Below are positions 101,237-116,100 of a DNA stretch of 248,000 nucleotides, piece after piece; the stretch's first letter is position 1; the number at the start of each line of letters is the position of its first letter. The stretch spans positions 38,212,001 through 38,460,000 of the forward strand of contig OX597823.1 of assembly GCA_951406725.2 (NCBI GenBank), read 5' to 3'. Below the pieces are notes generated by a model. The model was not told the DNA's origin and ran no database searches. It worked only from the letters and a program-made list of their open reading frames with translations. The position numbers and the translations under genes are program-made. This stretch comes from Octopus vulgaris. Taxonomy: Eukaryota.

Positions 101237-102778
101237 TCATAATGGACAGCAGGTAGATTTTGGAAGTCACAGGCTTGGGAAAAAAGTGGAGTCTCTGTGA
101301 GTGGGTGTATTTTTTCTGTAGTAGTGTGTGATTTTGGAAGCAATATTATCTAGGTTTGAATAGCCAACTTTGAGATTATGAACATTAAAAGTTTGCAGTA
101401 TATATAGGTGTTTGGAAAATGCTGCCTAATTTGGATAAAAGAAACTTCGAGCTTTATTTGTAGATAAACCTTAGAATGAATAGAGGATTCAATCAGATTA
101501 ATTCTCCTTCGAACTCATTTTGGGTCTGGGCAGGTGGGTTGAGGATATGTGTGTATGTGTAAATATACATGTATACATACACACATACATGTCATCATCA
101601 TCATCATCATCATCCTTTAATGTCTGTTTTTATTGTTGGCATGGGTCCAGTGGTTCAGCAGAAGCTAGTGAGCCAGAGGACTGTGCCAAGTTCCAATGTC
101701 TGAGTTGGCATGGTTTCTATGCCAGTCACTTTACAGAGTGTACTGGGTGCTAATTACATGCAAAGTCACCAAGTAACTTGCAAGACAAAACTCTCCAACT
101801 GAGTGGGTGTAGTATTTATTAAGGGAGGTGGCTTTATGCTGGGTGATGAGAGGTTAAAGGGATAGATACAGGTATCTTGCTGTAGAGGAGCTACATGGGC
101901 ACCTTATCTGGAAAAGAGCTGGGATGATGGTGAAGATGTGCCATAGTTGTACAAATTGTCAAAGTCTATGTCATTTTATATACACAGTAGGGGAGAATCA
102001 GGCCAGCCACCTATGGTGCTGTGTATGTCTTTCAATGTGTGTTTCATTGTCATATTACCACTAGAAGGGTTGTGGAGGCCCTTAAAAGTCACTTCTACCC
102101 TAAATCAGTTCTTACTGCCTCCCATCCCTACAGGCCCATTGCCAACTTTGGTGCTTCAGAATATTCTGGGTGGGCACTAATTTGTAATAATACTAAAGCA
102201 AAGTATAAGGCAGTGAGTGGGCAGAATCATTAGCTCACTGGGCAAAATGTTTAGCAGCATTTCATCCATCATTATGTCCTGAGTTCAAATTCTGCCAAGG
102301 TTGACCTTACATGTCATCCTTTAGGATTTTGATAAAATAAGTACCAGTTGATCACTAGGGTTGCTGGCCTTGTGCCAAAATTTGAAATCAATAATAAAGT
102401 GGAGTTTTGAAATAAGCGTATCACTGTAAATCTGAGGGCGCACCTTTGAATAAATGAGGGGGTAGTGCTGTCCAGTGTACTCATTAAGCCACAGGCACCT
102501 CTTGACAGGTAACCAGTAATGTGGGTAGCAGAGTTCAAGTGTCACTTGTGTACGATCCATTTTAGCATAATTTCTATAGCTGAATACTGTTTTTCTTATT
102601 AACCTCTTTAATGAGTGTAATGGATAAATTTCCTTGTGTTCTCAGTACTGAAGTTGTCTCATGGGAAGAAGACTACAGACTCCTCTGTATCCTGAATTTC
102701 AAGGTTATACATATAGGCATACATACATACATACATACATACATACATACATACATACAAACATACATACATACATAA

Positions 102779-102809
<31 letters not shown>

Positions 102810-102885
102810 CATACATGTGTTGGTGTATGTAATGCAAACACACATGTGCATACAAACCACTATATACATATATGTGTATATATAT

Positions 102886-103085
102886 ATATGGTGTGTTGTG
102901 AATTTATGGAAAGAAATCCCATAAAACTCAACAATTTAGTTAAAAGTGGAGAAGAGAAGATGTTAAAATATATAAGAGAATTTTAAAATTCTCTTATATA
103001 TTTTAACACCTTCTCCTCTCTATTTTTTGTCAAAATTGTTGAGTTTTATGGGATTTCTTTCCATAAATTCACAACACACCATATA
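102886..103085. repeat. ~200-bp palindrome with no spacer; partial copy at 103830-103975
   Basis: atggtgtgttgtgaatttatgg...gagaattttaaaattctc...ccataaattcacaacacaccat. Confidence 0.9.
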
Positions 103086-103185
103086 TAAGTATTATTGTCA
103101 TATTCGCAATTTTATGCCATTAAGCTACCAGCAAAATATGAAGAATCTATATTGGAAACCTCCAAATTAAAGGACAAATCTAATT

Positions 103186-103236
<51 letters not shown>

Positions 103237-103784
103237 TAATTGTATAGGGTACAATTATACTGAAGGGTACAGGAAGTTACTGTGCCTATATGCTGAAAGA
103301 AGATGCCGAATTCGTCCCACCACTTTACATGTTTACTCCACATATACACTTTATCCTGTAATTATGTTTAGATATAACCCATTCACTTTGGGTCAGTTTA
103401 TTTACCTCTGTAATATTCTGACCAAATGCACACATGCTGAGGTGGATTGTGAAATTCGATGCGTATATATGTGTGACTATTTGTATGTACTTGCATTTTG
103501 CATGTGCTTTTTTGTGGGTATGTATAAATATTTTCGTTTATTTTGCTTAGTATGTTCTGCTGATGAAGGAAGAGTTATCAAACTAATCCAGAAATTGATC
103601 TATCCAAAACTAACTGAATTATTTTATGAATTTTTAGTCAGTCTACTTTCTCGCTTTCAACCTGTGTGTATTTGTGGAGTGAACATATATATCTATATAT
103701 GTATTTTACCTAAAAGGTTTTTATATGATGGCCACTAATAAAATTCATTAATTTTAATGATTTTATCCTGTAATTATGTTTAAA

Positions 103785-103826
<42 letters not shown>

Positions 103827-104199
103827 AAATATGGTGTATTGTGAATTTATGGGAAGAAATCCCATAAAATCCTCAACTAATTTTGATAAAAATGGAGAAG
103901 AGAAGGTGTTAAATATATAAGAGAATTTTAAAATTCTCTTACATATTTAACAACCTTCTCCTCTATTTTTATCAGGTCATTCGAAGTTTTCTTTCTTCAG
104001 TCAAGCACCAGATTATCCTCACAATTTTGACTGATTATACTTAAGATTGCTCCAATCTGGCCAGCTCCAAGGAAAAACTAAGCTAAAGAGCATTAGATTC
104101 CTTGGAAGAAAGCAGCAAATGTATACAAAAACAAGGATGGAAAGAAAAGGGTGGGAAACATGACAGAAATAAATCACTATAAAGTAAATCATCACGATG

Positions 104200-105340
104200 T
104201 TTATTTTAACTTGTAAAGGTTAATATTTTTTATTGATTGACATTTTAAAGTTTCAGGTTCTATGTGTAACTGTTTAATCATGCCATGAACAAAAGAAGCC
104301 TTGGAACCGACTGAATTTCAAAGAGGCCGTATTGTGGGTCATTCTGAAGGTGGACTTAGTGTAAAATTGCAGAAAACCTTCAGATTCTGCTTTCTACAGT
104401 TAATTGTGATTGTGCAATTCACTAGAGAAGGGAAGGAGTTCACATTACTTTGCTCAGGTTGACCAAGGTCCTCTGACAGGACCCTTCACTTTGTTAAGAG
104501 TAATGTGGAGGATATTCCTTATTGCAAGGCCTCTGGCATAGCAGAACAAGTTGATGTCAGTCCCAGAACAGCTGTCAGGTATCTCCACAAACATGGCTAC
104601 TATGGCAGAGCAACAAGAAGGAAGCGACTTCTTCAACTAACCAAAATCAAGTAGAGAAAAGATTTGGCCAGTGAGATGGTGGAGAAGCCACTAGCATTTT
104701 GGGACACTCATATTCTCTGATGAGTCCAGATTTGCTATATTTTCTGATAGTGGTTGAGTATGGGTCTGGAGATTCTGTGATCAAGAATTTGATGTGAAAA
104801 GATTGTAGCCAACAATGAAACACCGGTGGCTATTTTGTGATAGGATGGGGAGCAATTTGGAGTAATGATCAATCAGAGCTGGTGGAGTCTGAGGGAAACA
104901 GACAAATGTGTACATATTACAGAAAGGACTCCTTCCAATCTTCTCCAGTAGTGAAATGATTAAAGAAGACTCTTTATTTATGGAATATGGGGTCCTTGTT
105001 ACATGGCTAAAAAGACCAAGCTTCCATGGCCAAGCCTGTCATCAGATATGAACACTATTGTGCACCTCTGAGGCATAATGGACAGGAACTTTGTAAAAAG
105101 AACATAAAAGCATCCTCAAAGTCAGATCTTTTGAGATTACTGAATGAAACTTGGTAAGAAATTCCTCAAGAGAATATTCATCAATTGATCAGTATTATGC
105201 CTAATAGGGTCCTTGCATAGAAAAATATCAAGAGCATATCTACTAAATATTAGATATTCACATTATAATAATATATTAATAATTTTAATGTATAATTTCA
105301 GATTTAAATACATTTTAACGATTATAAGGGTGTCTACTTA
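104200..105340 (+). pseudogene. Decayed Tc1 transposase
   Basis: TEFQRGRIVG N-terminus, IFSDESRF, WPSLSSDMNTI(V)HL. Confidence 0.75.
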
Positions 105341-105437
105341 CTTCTGTCATGTGTGTGTGTGTGTGTGTATGAATATATGTATAGAAATGTGTTTGCAAAA
105401 GGAGGAAAAAATGTACTCATACTACGTGTATGAATCG

Positions 105438-105477
<40 letters not shown>

Positions 105478-105756
105478 GTCTATCTATTTAGCTAGCTATA
105501 TTTAATTTATATTTATATGTATATATTTGTAGAAACAAGTGCATGAATGTATGTGTATAGACAGACAGACAGACATAGATAAATTGACAACAAGTGGCAT
105601 CGAAATTGTGAAAAGGTTTCTAAGTAATGATATGGAGAGAGAGAGAGAGAATTTTTCCCCTTTATATTGACCATATGAAACATAAACAACCCAAATCACT
105701 GATTTGGCGTATTTTTATTACCTCGGCCATTCCTCAATAGGAAATGTTAAAGGTTG

Positions 105757-105801
<45 letters not shown>

Positions 105802-105949
105802 GTGTGTCAGCCCTTGTGGCCAATAAAAAGAATTAATTATTATTATTACTACTACATTCACCTGTAGCTTTCTTCCTACTTGTCCTTCAAGTTTATTTAT
105901 ATACACCCTGTTATTTCAACTGTGTTATTTCACCCACGCAATTTTATTC

Positions 105950-106208
105950 CAAGTTGTCAATCAGGACATTAGACAAAAATGTGTTGTGTATGTGTATGTT
106001 ACTGTGTGACGCCTTTTCAAAATGTGGATTTTAAAAAAGTGCTGTTTGTTTTCCAAATATTTCTTGATGTTAGGCTAATTTAAAATTATTACATTATTTA
106101 ACTCGGTGATATATTCATTTCCTATTTATTGAATGTTAAATGAATACTTTTGGTTAAGTCCAGAAATTCTAAAGAAAGGGAAAATAATTCTTTTTGTGAG
106201 AATTATAC

Positions 106209-106290
<82 letters not shown>

Positions 106291-108136
106291 ACGAGAGAGT
106301 ATCATTTCATTCATTCCGTTTAGATTTAACCGAAGGAATTGGGACGGACTTACCAAGGAATGGTAATAGATTAGCTGAAATGAAAGAGTTAATAAAGAAG
106401 AAAGACGAATAAGAGAATATACGAGCAGAAATATTAAAAAGAGAGATAAAAATTCTGAAGCGGTGTTGAGATGATTTCATAGAACGAAACATTTATTAGT
106501 ATTGTTATCATTACGGGGCGGCAAACTGACAAAAGCGGCAGAGCATCGGTCTAAATGTTTAGCTTTAATTAGTTCGGTTCCTCTGCATACTGAAATCCCA
106601 GTACCAGTCATGTACTAGGCTTTATTTTAATCCCTTGCAATTTTTTGACCAAGAGCCTATGTTAAGAATTATTAATATCTATTATACTATTATTAGCTAT
106701 AACGATGACGGAATGGTAGTAGTATTAAAACATCGCCAGAAATGGTATATACATACATACATATAGATGCATATATGTACACACATACGTACGTGTGTGT
106801 GTATGAAGAAATGTGGAGAAGCATTGTCGGAAAAAAAGGCGTAGTAAATAATCGAAGGAAAGATTTGTATGAAGTGTTGTGTAAAAAGAGGATGAGGACG
106901 GCAAGGTATGAATGTTTATAAAGAGTGGTGAAGAGGGAAAGGAAGAAACACTGAAAGAAAAGAGAAAGACGAAAGAGCGAGAGAGAGAAATAGAAAGAAA
107001 GAAAGAATGAGTGTTAGAATGAGAGAAAAGGGAGTGTCAGGTGAAGATAACATAGTGAAGGACAATGTATTATAGTTAGAGAGAGAATGAGAGAGTGAGA
107101 TATATATATATATATATACATAGAGATAAATAAAAAGAAATAAAGAAAAAAGATAGACTAAAGTGACTGAGCAGTGGAAAGAAAGAAAATAAAAGAGAAC
107201 AAGTGTTACAATGAGGGAAAAGGAGTGTCAAGCGAGGATAATAGAGAGAAGGACGGTGTATGGTAGCTAAAGAGAGTGAGATAGATACATACATAAAAAG
107301 ACAAAGAGAGGAAGAGAGAGAGGGAGATTGAGGAAGGTTAGCAGAGGCTGCGAGATGCAGGCACTATTATTATTGCATGTAGTCAGCGAGTGTTGTTTGC
107401 AACACCGTTGGGCTTAAAAGTAGCCAGGCTCTTGGAGATAAACGCATCTTTTACAGTTAGATCACTTAATTAAGGAATTTTTACACGGTTCGATGTTGGT
107501 ACATATGAAATTCTCCCTAAAATCTTGCCTGGTCTCACTGTCCGGCTTTTAATATGAGACATTAACATGGCGACTTCTCTTTATAACTGCAGACGACACG
107601 ACTTTTCAGTGAATTTGACCGGTATTTAAACGGTCATTTTTGCTTTTTTTGGGAAAAAAAAACAAAACATGCTTTCGATTATGGATAAATATACACAATA
107701 TCGAGATATTATTAAAGTATAATTGATTGGCAAGGTAGGTTTTAACTGTTTACTCTCGAGTATTTCGGTTTGACCACACTTGGTTTCATTTCAACACTGT
107801 TTATTTAATAATGGATCATTTATTGATCTTCATTTCTCTCCAAAAAAAAAAAGAAATAATAATAATAATAATAATCATAATAATAATAAGTGTAAATATA
107901 TAATCATTATTAATGAAATGTATGCTTTGGCGTGTTGCAGAAATTCTTATTCACATGTACCATACTTATTAATTTCATTACGAAATTCTCTGTATTTATT
108001 TATTTATCTCTTATAAATGCTCAACTTGTAAAAAAATATTCTGTAAAAACGCACCGAAGAAATACAGAATTAATGAAACCAGCATCGCAATCTGTTTATA
108101 TTAACGTATACTGCTGCATTATTATTTTCGCTGAAC

Positions 108137-108171
<35 letters not shown>

Positions 108172-108503
108172 TATATATATATATATATATACATACACAC
108201 ACACATATAATATATGTGTGTGTGTGTGTGCATGTGTGTATTTATATATATATATAGATGCACACATACACACATATAATATATGTGTGTGTGTATGTGT
108301 GCATGTGTATGTATATATATATACATGCACACATACACACACACACACATATATTATATGTGTGTGTGCGTGTGTGTTGGTTGTAGTGGCTGGTGTTTAC
108401 GTTAATGTTGGCAATCCTTACTGGTAATTGCTTCGGTTTTCTTCGTCGCCACCTCTAGATGCACACATACACACATATAATATATGTGTGTGTGTATGTG
108501 TGC

Positions 108504-108541
<38 letters not shown>

Positions 108542-108931
108542 GCACACATACACACATATAATATATGTGTGTGTGTGTGTATGTGTGCATGTGTATGTAT
108601 ATATATATATATGCACACATACACACTTATAATATATGTGTGTGTGTGTGTGCGTGCGTGTGTATGTGTGTGTGCGTGTGTGTTGGTTGTAGTGGCTGGT
108701 GTTTACGTTAATGTTGGCAATCCTTACTGGTAATTGCTTCGGTTTTCTTCGTCGCCACCTCTCAACAATCAACGAGAAATGAAATATTGATTCCCACTTG
108801 TTAAATTTTTACTTCATTACAAACTTACTTTCCATGTTATTTCATGCCGCAATCGGTTATGTTATCATCATCATCATCATCGTCATCATCATCGCTGATA
108901 TCAATGCTGTCATTATTAACATTTGGTGTTG

Positions 108932-108966
<35 letters not shown>

Positions 108967-109306
108967 GTTGTTGTTAATATTATTATTATTTAGCGCTCGA
109001 CCCTGCTGTTTGCCTTCACTGAAAACTCAAAAGTCGAACCACTTTAGGCATTTATTATCTCCGTCCCTCCCTCTCTCTTTCTCTCTTCCCCTCGAATACA
109101 TACATACATACAATTATTTGTAGGATTCATTTGAATCAATGTATTTTAACATCCAGGACACCAACCAAGCGAGGGTCGAGCTCGGTACATACGTGTACAT
109201 ATGCAGACACATTCGTATATACCCGTGTACACACACACACACACACACACAATGTATGTACGTGTATGCATGCAGAATGTGAATGCGTGTACATTTTTTT
109301 ATCATA

Positions 109307-109402
<96 letters not shown>

Positions 109403-109750
109403 AATACAGGATATATGACATTAAGGGCTTAGGCGGGTTTTCGGGGAGCAAGTGCGACAACTACTTGTATTATTTGCCGAGAAACGTGTACGACTCTTAC
109501 AATAAATAAAGGTTTTGAATTAATTACTGATACCATTCATATATATATATACGTACACACACGCACACACTAATTAATATACAATCGTATGCACACAGAC
109601 AGGTGCTTTCTAGATGTATTTCCTTCTTTTAACCATTAAACGCATTCTTATAATCATTTAAAACACTGTTGTTTCTGGATTTCTCTGCTGTTTTGCTTCA
109701 ATAATTATAAAATCTTCCGCACTATGCTATAACGATCTGTTCCACCAACT
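105950..109750 (+). promoter_or_regulatory. CpG-retaining region, putative promoter of the downstream host gene
   Basis: Non-repeat sequence visibly rich in CG dinucleotides against a CpG-depleted background; contains a long GA tract and a strong splice donor at 107735 (caag|gtaggt). Confidence 0.55.
107350..107734 (+). other. Putative non-coding first exon (start uncertain)
   Basis: Ends at AAG|GTAGGT; contains only a short uORF (atggcgacttct...atttaa). Confidence 0.4.
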
Positions 109751-110135
109751 AACCCCATACCCCCTTCTCCAGAATAGATTAAATCGCAGCTCCTTCCCAC
109801 TTCATCTCGTTTATGCTTATTAAACTGAATAAGCAATTTTGCTTTCGGGCTTTTAAACAATTGTTTTAGGAAAACAATTTTAATTTTTTTTTTTTTACCG
109901 CTTGTAGCCATTCAATTTCAGGATATTTTAACCCCATGATCATCAATATCCTAGAATATATTGTCTATCAAAGATTTTACTTTGTGCTTGGACAGTATTA
110001 TTTTATATAATGTATGTATTACGCTAGAAAGCATAACAAGACAAGCATTTTTATATATTATATATATATATATATATATAAACATATATAAATTTAGCAT
110101 AAGGGCATACAAGACGTCTACCTGTTAGAAAGAGG

Positions 110136-110195
<60 letters not shown>

Positions 110196-113100
110196 AAGAG
110201 AGAGAGAGTTAGATATATACATATAGCTAGATGACTAAATTAACTAAATAAATAGATACATAGATTGTGTGTGAGTGTGATTTCTTAGCAAATGCAACCA
110301 CCCCTTTGGTCAATTATAATATGCCTAGAAACATGCGTGTGTATATAGTAATATAGATTTAGGTGTACTTAGTTATATAGCAAACTGAGTCGGAAAATAA
110401 CAACCCAGTAAAGATAACGCAACAAATAACCAACCAACCAACCAACCAACCCTTTACCCTGTTCAATGCTAACGTGTGAATCATTCATCTGTAAGAGATA
110501 TAGAATTTCCTACTGCAACCACGACTGTCAGAGAGTCCGATCTTCTTTCGCTTTAACAGTACATTCTAACCCATCTGAAACTCACTACTGTTGTCTTCTT
110601 TCAAAGCGCTCATCACTACACAGCTGATAAAACACTATCTCCTGCTCCACGATTTTATAGTACTAAAATCACTAGAGATCATATTTGTGAAAACTGGGTA
110701 CTTTCTTTCTGTGACAAGCACCACAACCAATGCTTTGACACATTTGTGCAGAGTTAGTGTATCTATTATTTCTTTGAATGCTTAAAGAATGTGACATGAA
110801 ACAGATTTTAAAAGTCTTTTACTCAATGAATGTTATGATTCTGCATTCTTTTAATAATTGATATATCATGTGATGGACGAGTGCTGTTCCTTACTGATTT
110901 GTAGCATTATTTCTTGAATAAAGTCTCTGCTATACAGATGTCATGTTGTTACTTCTTATGACAGTTTATTGGATAAATCAAATGTAGACAATTTTGCATT
111001 CAGAAAGATTCAAAGCATTTTCTTGTTAATATTCTGAAAGAACTCAAGGAAGAAAAAGACCCCATAACATTCAAAACAGAACCAGGAAAAATTCTTCCAA
111101 GAAATACCAAATAACTCATCACACTGCCACCTGGAGACATTTTAGTAAACAACAACTCCCTACACGAGTGGGCTATGATGTCCTAAAATATGACTTAAAA
111201 AAAACTATGCCAGATGGGGCTATTAAGTTACCTGCATATTTCTGACTAATGGACTACACACCTTAGTAAACATTATATCACATGAAACATTTAAATTTGT
111301 CACAGATTGTGGTAATTATGAGAAGTGATAAATTGCCTAAATGGTATCTATATCTAATTAATGAACAAATTTTTTTTTGTTTTGCAAGATCTCAGTTCTT
111401 AACTCAAAAACAACAGTAAACTGAATCTGTATTAATTTCTTCAAATCTTAAAACTATAGTATAAAAAAAAAATACAATCCCAAGATAGAGTTATTGAGAA
111501 CAATCTCAGTATTTGACTGGTACTTTATTTTATTGATTCCAAAAGACGACTTAGTTAATCTCAGTGGTATTTGAACTCAAAACGTAAAGAGTTGGAACAA
111601 ATACTACTTAGCATTTTTACTCATGCACTAACAATTCTGCCGACAAGTAAAAGACTTGGACTATTTGAAAATAGAATGCTAATCTTAGAAATAGTAGTAT
111701 CACCAGCCAGAGCATTAGACATAACTCTAAAGAATTCTTGCATTTATTATCAGGATATCCCTGTAAATACTATTGCTGTCATAAATGACAACAACAATGA
111801 AGCTATTTCAGTAGCTGCTTCTCACAAGTGTTTCTTTCTCAATAGGGAATAATATACATGGCTAGAAAATGTCTAGTGGAGATACCTTATGTCACAAGTG
111901 TGGGAATAATGATAATTTTTCTGTAACTCTTTAATTTATAGGTTTTCTGATTTATTGAAACATTTTCTGTGTTATGAGTGCTTTAATAATGTAATTAATA
112001 AATCAGTCACTGTAAGCTCATAGCACTGATAACTTCTCAACCAAAACTGATATTTCTAAGTGAAATGGTTTAGTCTTTAAACTATTCAGAGGCAACATCA
112101 TGATGACATCAACTCAGTATAGTTCCATAATACAGGACACACAGTTTATTGAAATATTGTACAAACAGCAATCACTCTTTGAATACATCTGCTCAGATAT
112201 CATACTTGAACAGTATTTCATTTCATAGCATTTAATGGTTCTGAAAATTCCACATGTTGTACTCTTCATTAATTTGACTATATTTACTTCTACTCAAAGA
112301 TTGTAATAAGAAAAGAAGCAAACTACCTAATCAAAGGCATCATGGAGAGCTTGGATTGTTGTAATAAAGAAAATGAAAACCATAAATTATGCTTTTTCAT
112401 TGATTCTCAACCACTGTCAACATTCTTCCTTCATGCTTTTATAGTACCTGTGATTGAATAGTTAATACATTATATTGCATCCCATCTTGGGCAGTTCTAT
112501 TGCTGCTGCTGCACATACAGACATCTCAGACCACATGCAGAAAAGACACTCCATCTAACCTGTGACCCATGGCTGCATTGTCTCCTTTCTCTATCTTTTC
112601 TACCTCTACTATAATGGCTTCTGCTCCTCTGAACTGGCTAGGTGCATGCCACATCCACTCAGGCATTCTTGATCCACTCTTCTCTCTTCCCCTCATCATT
112701 TTTGTTGTGTCCAATCCCCTAGGTCCCACACTCAGTTCTTTCTTTCTAGAGCATCAGCCTCAGGAACTCCCCATTAGTGGCTCTAGAGGAACATTAATGG
112801 CATTGATCTTGTTAGTCTCAGAGGGCCAGTTAAGGTCATGGGTACTGTCCCTTCTTCCAAATAAAAATGGATGATCCTGACAAAAATCTATGTGCATTTC
112901 TGTCACATGTCAAAGAATGTGATATAATTTTCTCTAATAAAAAAAATGTGTTCTTTTAGTAATTGGTGTATCACTTGATAGGCAAATTTTCACCTTTACT
113001 TAAAACAGAAGTTGAGCAGCTGCAGCATTATTCATTGAATAAAGTCTTTGTATGGTTTTGTTTATTGTTACCCCTTATTGCTGTGTATATTGTTTTACCT

Positions 113101-116100
113101 ACTCATTTGTCATCATCATCACTGTTACATCTACTTTCCATGCTGGCATGAGTTGGACAGATCATCACAATCTGCATTAGTTCCTGTTCAGAGGGATACT
113201 ACCCTCCATTTCTGGCATGGTTCCTGCCAAATGTCCTTCCTAACACCAACCACTTTACAGAGTATACAGAATGCATTTTAATGTAGTACCAGCACCACTG
113301 AAATTACTTTATGCCTCATGACACTGTTCTATGGTGTTTGTGTTCAGTCAAAGCAATATGTCAAAGAGAGTGAGTATAAGGGCAGGGAGTAGGGATATGA
113401 TGGAGGTGAAACAGGAACAATGATTGGAGTGAAAAAGCGGTAGAGGAAGGTACAATGGAAGAGATGCCATACTGAAACGAGTATGATGGAAGAAACAGTA
113501 AGGTACATTGGATTGGTGAGAGGGTATCAAATAGCAAATGGAGATTTAATAGGGTATGTAGGGCAGTAGGCCCGAGTGTCAGTTGGAGCAGCAGATGAAG
113601 GTTTAACAGGGATATAGTGAATAATAATAGCTCCAAATGTAGATATATATCTCCCAGGTTCATCACTACCATCATTTTAATGGTTTTTAGGCTATGGATG
113701 GGTAGGTCTTCTCCAGCACTGCATGATGTCAATCATCACGATACTTTGTCACCACCTTGTGAGGGTCAGCATCCTGATATCAGTTACTGTATGCTCTTAG
113801 GTCTCAATCTTCTGGTTTCATTAATTTTCAGTGCTTTGTGCTTTAAGGGTCTGTCATCCAACCAAATTCTGTAATAGGTGTGTATTTTGACCTCTCTTAT
113901 AATCTGATATCCAGTAAAATAATAATGACTATCAAATTTCAATGTGAAGTCAAAAACATTACTAATTCTAAATAATTTATGCAGTGGAACATTTTGAAGA
114001 AATAAAAATATAAAAATACTTTCAGTTAATTATTTGTAAGTTTTATAATTAATGATTTATGATTGAAAGTATGATGCTATCTACTTGGAATTATTGTATA
114101 TCTTTAGGACTGAAAAACTTGAGGGAATAGTAAAACATTTCACTATTAAAATTGTTTTATTTAAGTGATTAAGATAATAAAGTATCCTTTCAGTTAATTA
114201 TTATTTACTATATTAATTATGGTTTAAAGTAGGATTAAAGAACTTAACTTATTTTGGATATCACATGTGTAAACTATGTCATCATATTCTGTATCAGTTT
114301 TATACAGTATGACAGTCCTCTCTCTCATACAAGTCTACAATTGTAAACCTCCATGTTAAAGTTTGAAGGTTCATGATTTTTTTTGGGGAAAGCTACAATA
114401 GTGGTTTCCCATTACTATCTGCCAGTTTATTCTCCTAATCTCTTGCTCTCCCAGGTTTATCTTTGACTCACAGAGCCTATTTAATTAAATATCAGTTGGA
114501 CTGTTTCATGTAACCTCAGTACATGTCCACATACCAATGAGCCTGTGTGACACAAGTCTAAGGGATAGCCCTCCTTCCCGTCTTATGTTTTAGCCATAGG
114601 ATCATTTGCTGTTTGACCCAAAACTGGGGCCCTTGATGGATACTGCCACCATCCTGGACAAGAGTGGACCTGGGAATTGTGGTGTCTAAGGAGTTACTCC
114701 TTACTCCCTCAAACTTCTAAAATTTTGAGCTAGAGTTTCCCTACCAGATGCATTTTAATATCTTACCTGGGACTATTGCAGTTCATATATACTAAATATT
114801 CAACATTTTGTACTGGCACACTTCAGCTAGTCTGCAGTGTCTCATTCCCAGATCTTTGCATTCATTGTTCCATTTTTTAGGTTCCACATCTTTACATCAT
114901 TTCTGATTCCTTTGCCTCAAATTCTCTATTTGCAACCCTTGCATTGTTGCCATCTGTTATCATTTTACTTCATTCCATTCTTATCATATGTCCATATTTA
115001 TACTGCTATCTTATTTTGGCATAAACCAATCCCTCAAATGTTCTATTGCTTTTTTTTCTGTTTTTCACTGTAAAAGTGGCAAGTATATTACTTGGTCAGT
115101 AAATCAGATTTAAACAATATTTTTCAATATATTGCAGGACTTTGCTACCCATATCTTACTGCCCTATAGTGTCATTGTTTGGAGCAGTTGTCATATAGTT
115201 CACTTTTTGAAATGAAAGCAATGATTCAATATTATCTCTTGCATTTTTCTTTTTAGACACAAGTTTTCCCTTGTTATATTATTACTTACTCTATTCTGGC
115301 ACTAATTGGGTTGTTTAGATAACAAAACTTTACTACATCCAATAGCTTATAACCTTACTACTTGCACTAATGCCTAAGGTGCACTTCATATTGATTTTCT
115401 TTTATCTATCAGTGCATCTATTGTACATGTTTTCACTGCTAACAGAGTAAAGTTGAGTTTGTTGTATCCATAAGTGATAGTAATAAATGGAATAACTGTT
115501 GTCTGGATACTGCTTGACTATACAGGTTTCTTATTGTTAACCTGTATATTCATCTTGGCCATCTTCATCATGATCTTTTCTAGATTTCAAATGGATTGAT
115601 AGTGCAATGGAAGCATAGATGTTATAAGATTGAATAGTCAATCCCTTAGACAAATTGGAGCTAAGATACTCTGAGCATGTTGCCAATTTTGACCTTACTA
115701 CAAACAACATTTGAACAGCAATCAGCAATTTCTTAATTTGTAGCATTCTTATTTTGTACATGTTGAAACCCAATTAGTTCAGCAAATGAAATATATAGTC
115801 AATTAATTTTGTCATCAGAAATTCTTTCTGCAGTTTTCTTTCCAGTGGTCTATGGTTCTCAGCTGATACAAACTTCATGCTATCCGTTTTAAGTATTGTG
115901 TTAGTCTCATTATGATTTGACTCCATTCATATATGGGTCTATCAATTCAAGTTCTTTGCAATACTTCCTCTTTATTTTCAATAACTATTCTTGGTTTTAC
116001 AGTAATTAACATAATGTTACCAAATAACACCTTCATGAATCATGCGATTAGTTAAACAAGCAATTGGGTTTGTTTTTACAGTGTGCTGCTAACACTTCGC

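Noticed and set aside
103545-103610. CTGATGA-agga...tcca-GAAAT hammerhead-like string
   Set aside because: Stem I does not pair and the cleavage triplet is absent; at best a very decayed remnant.
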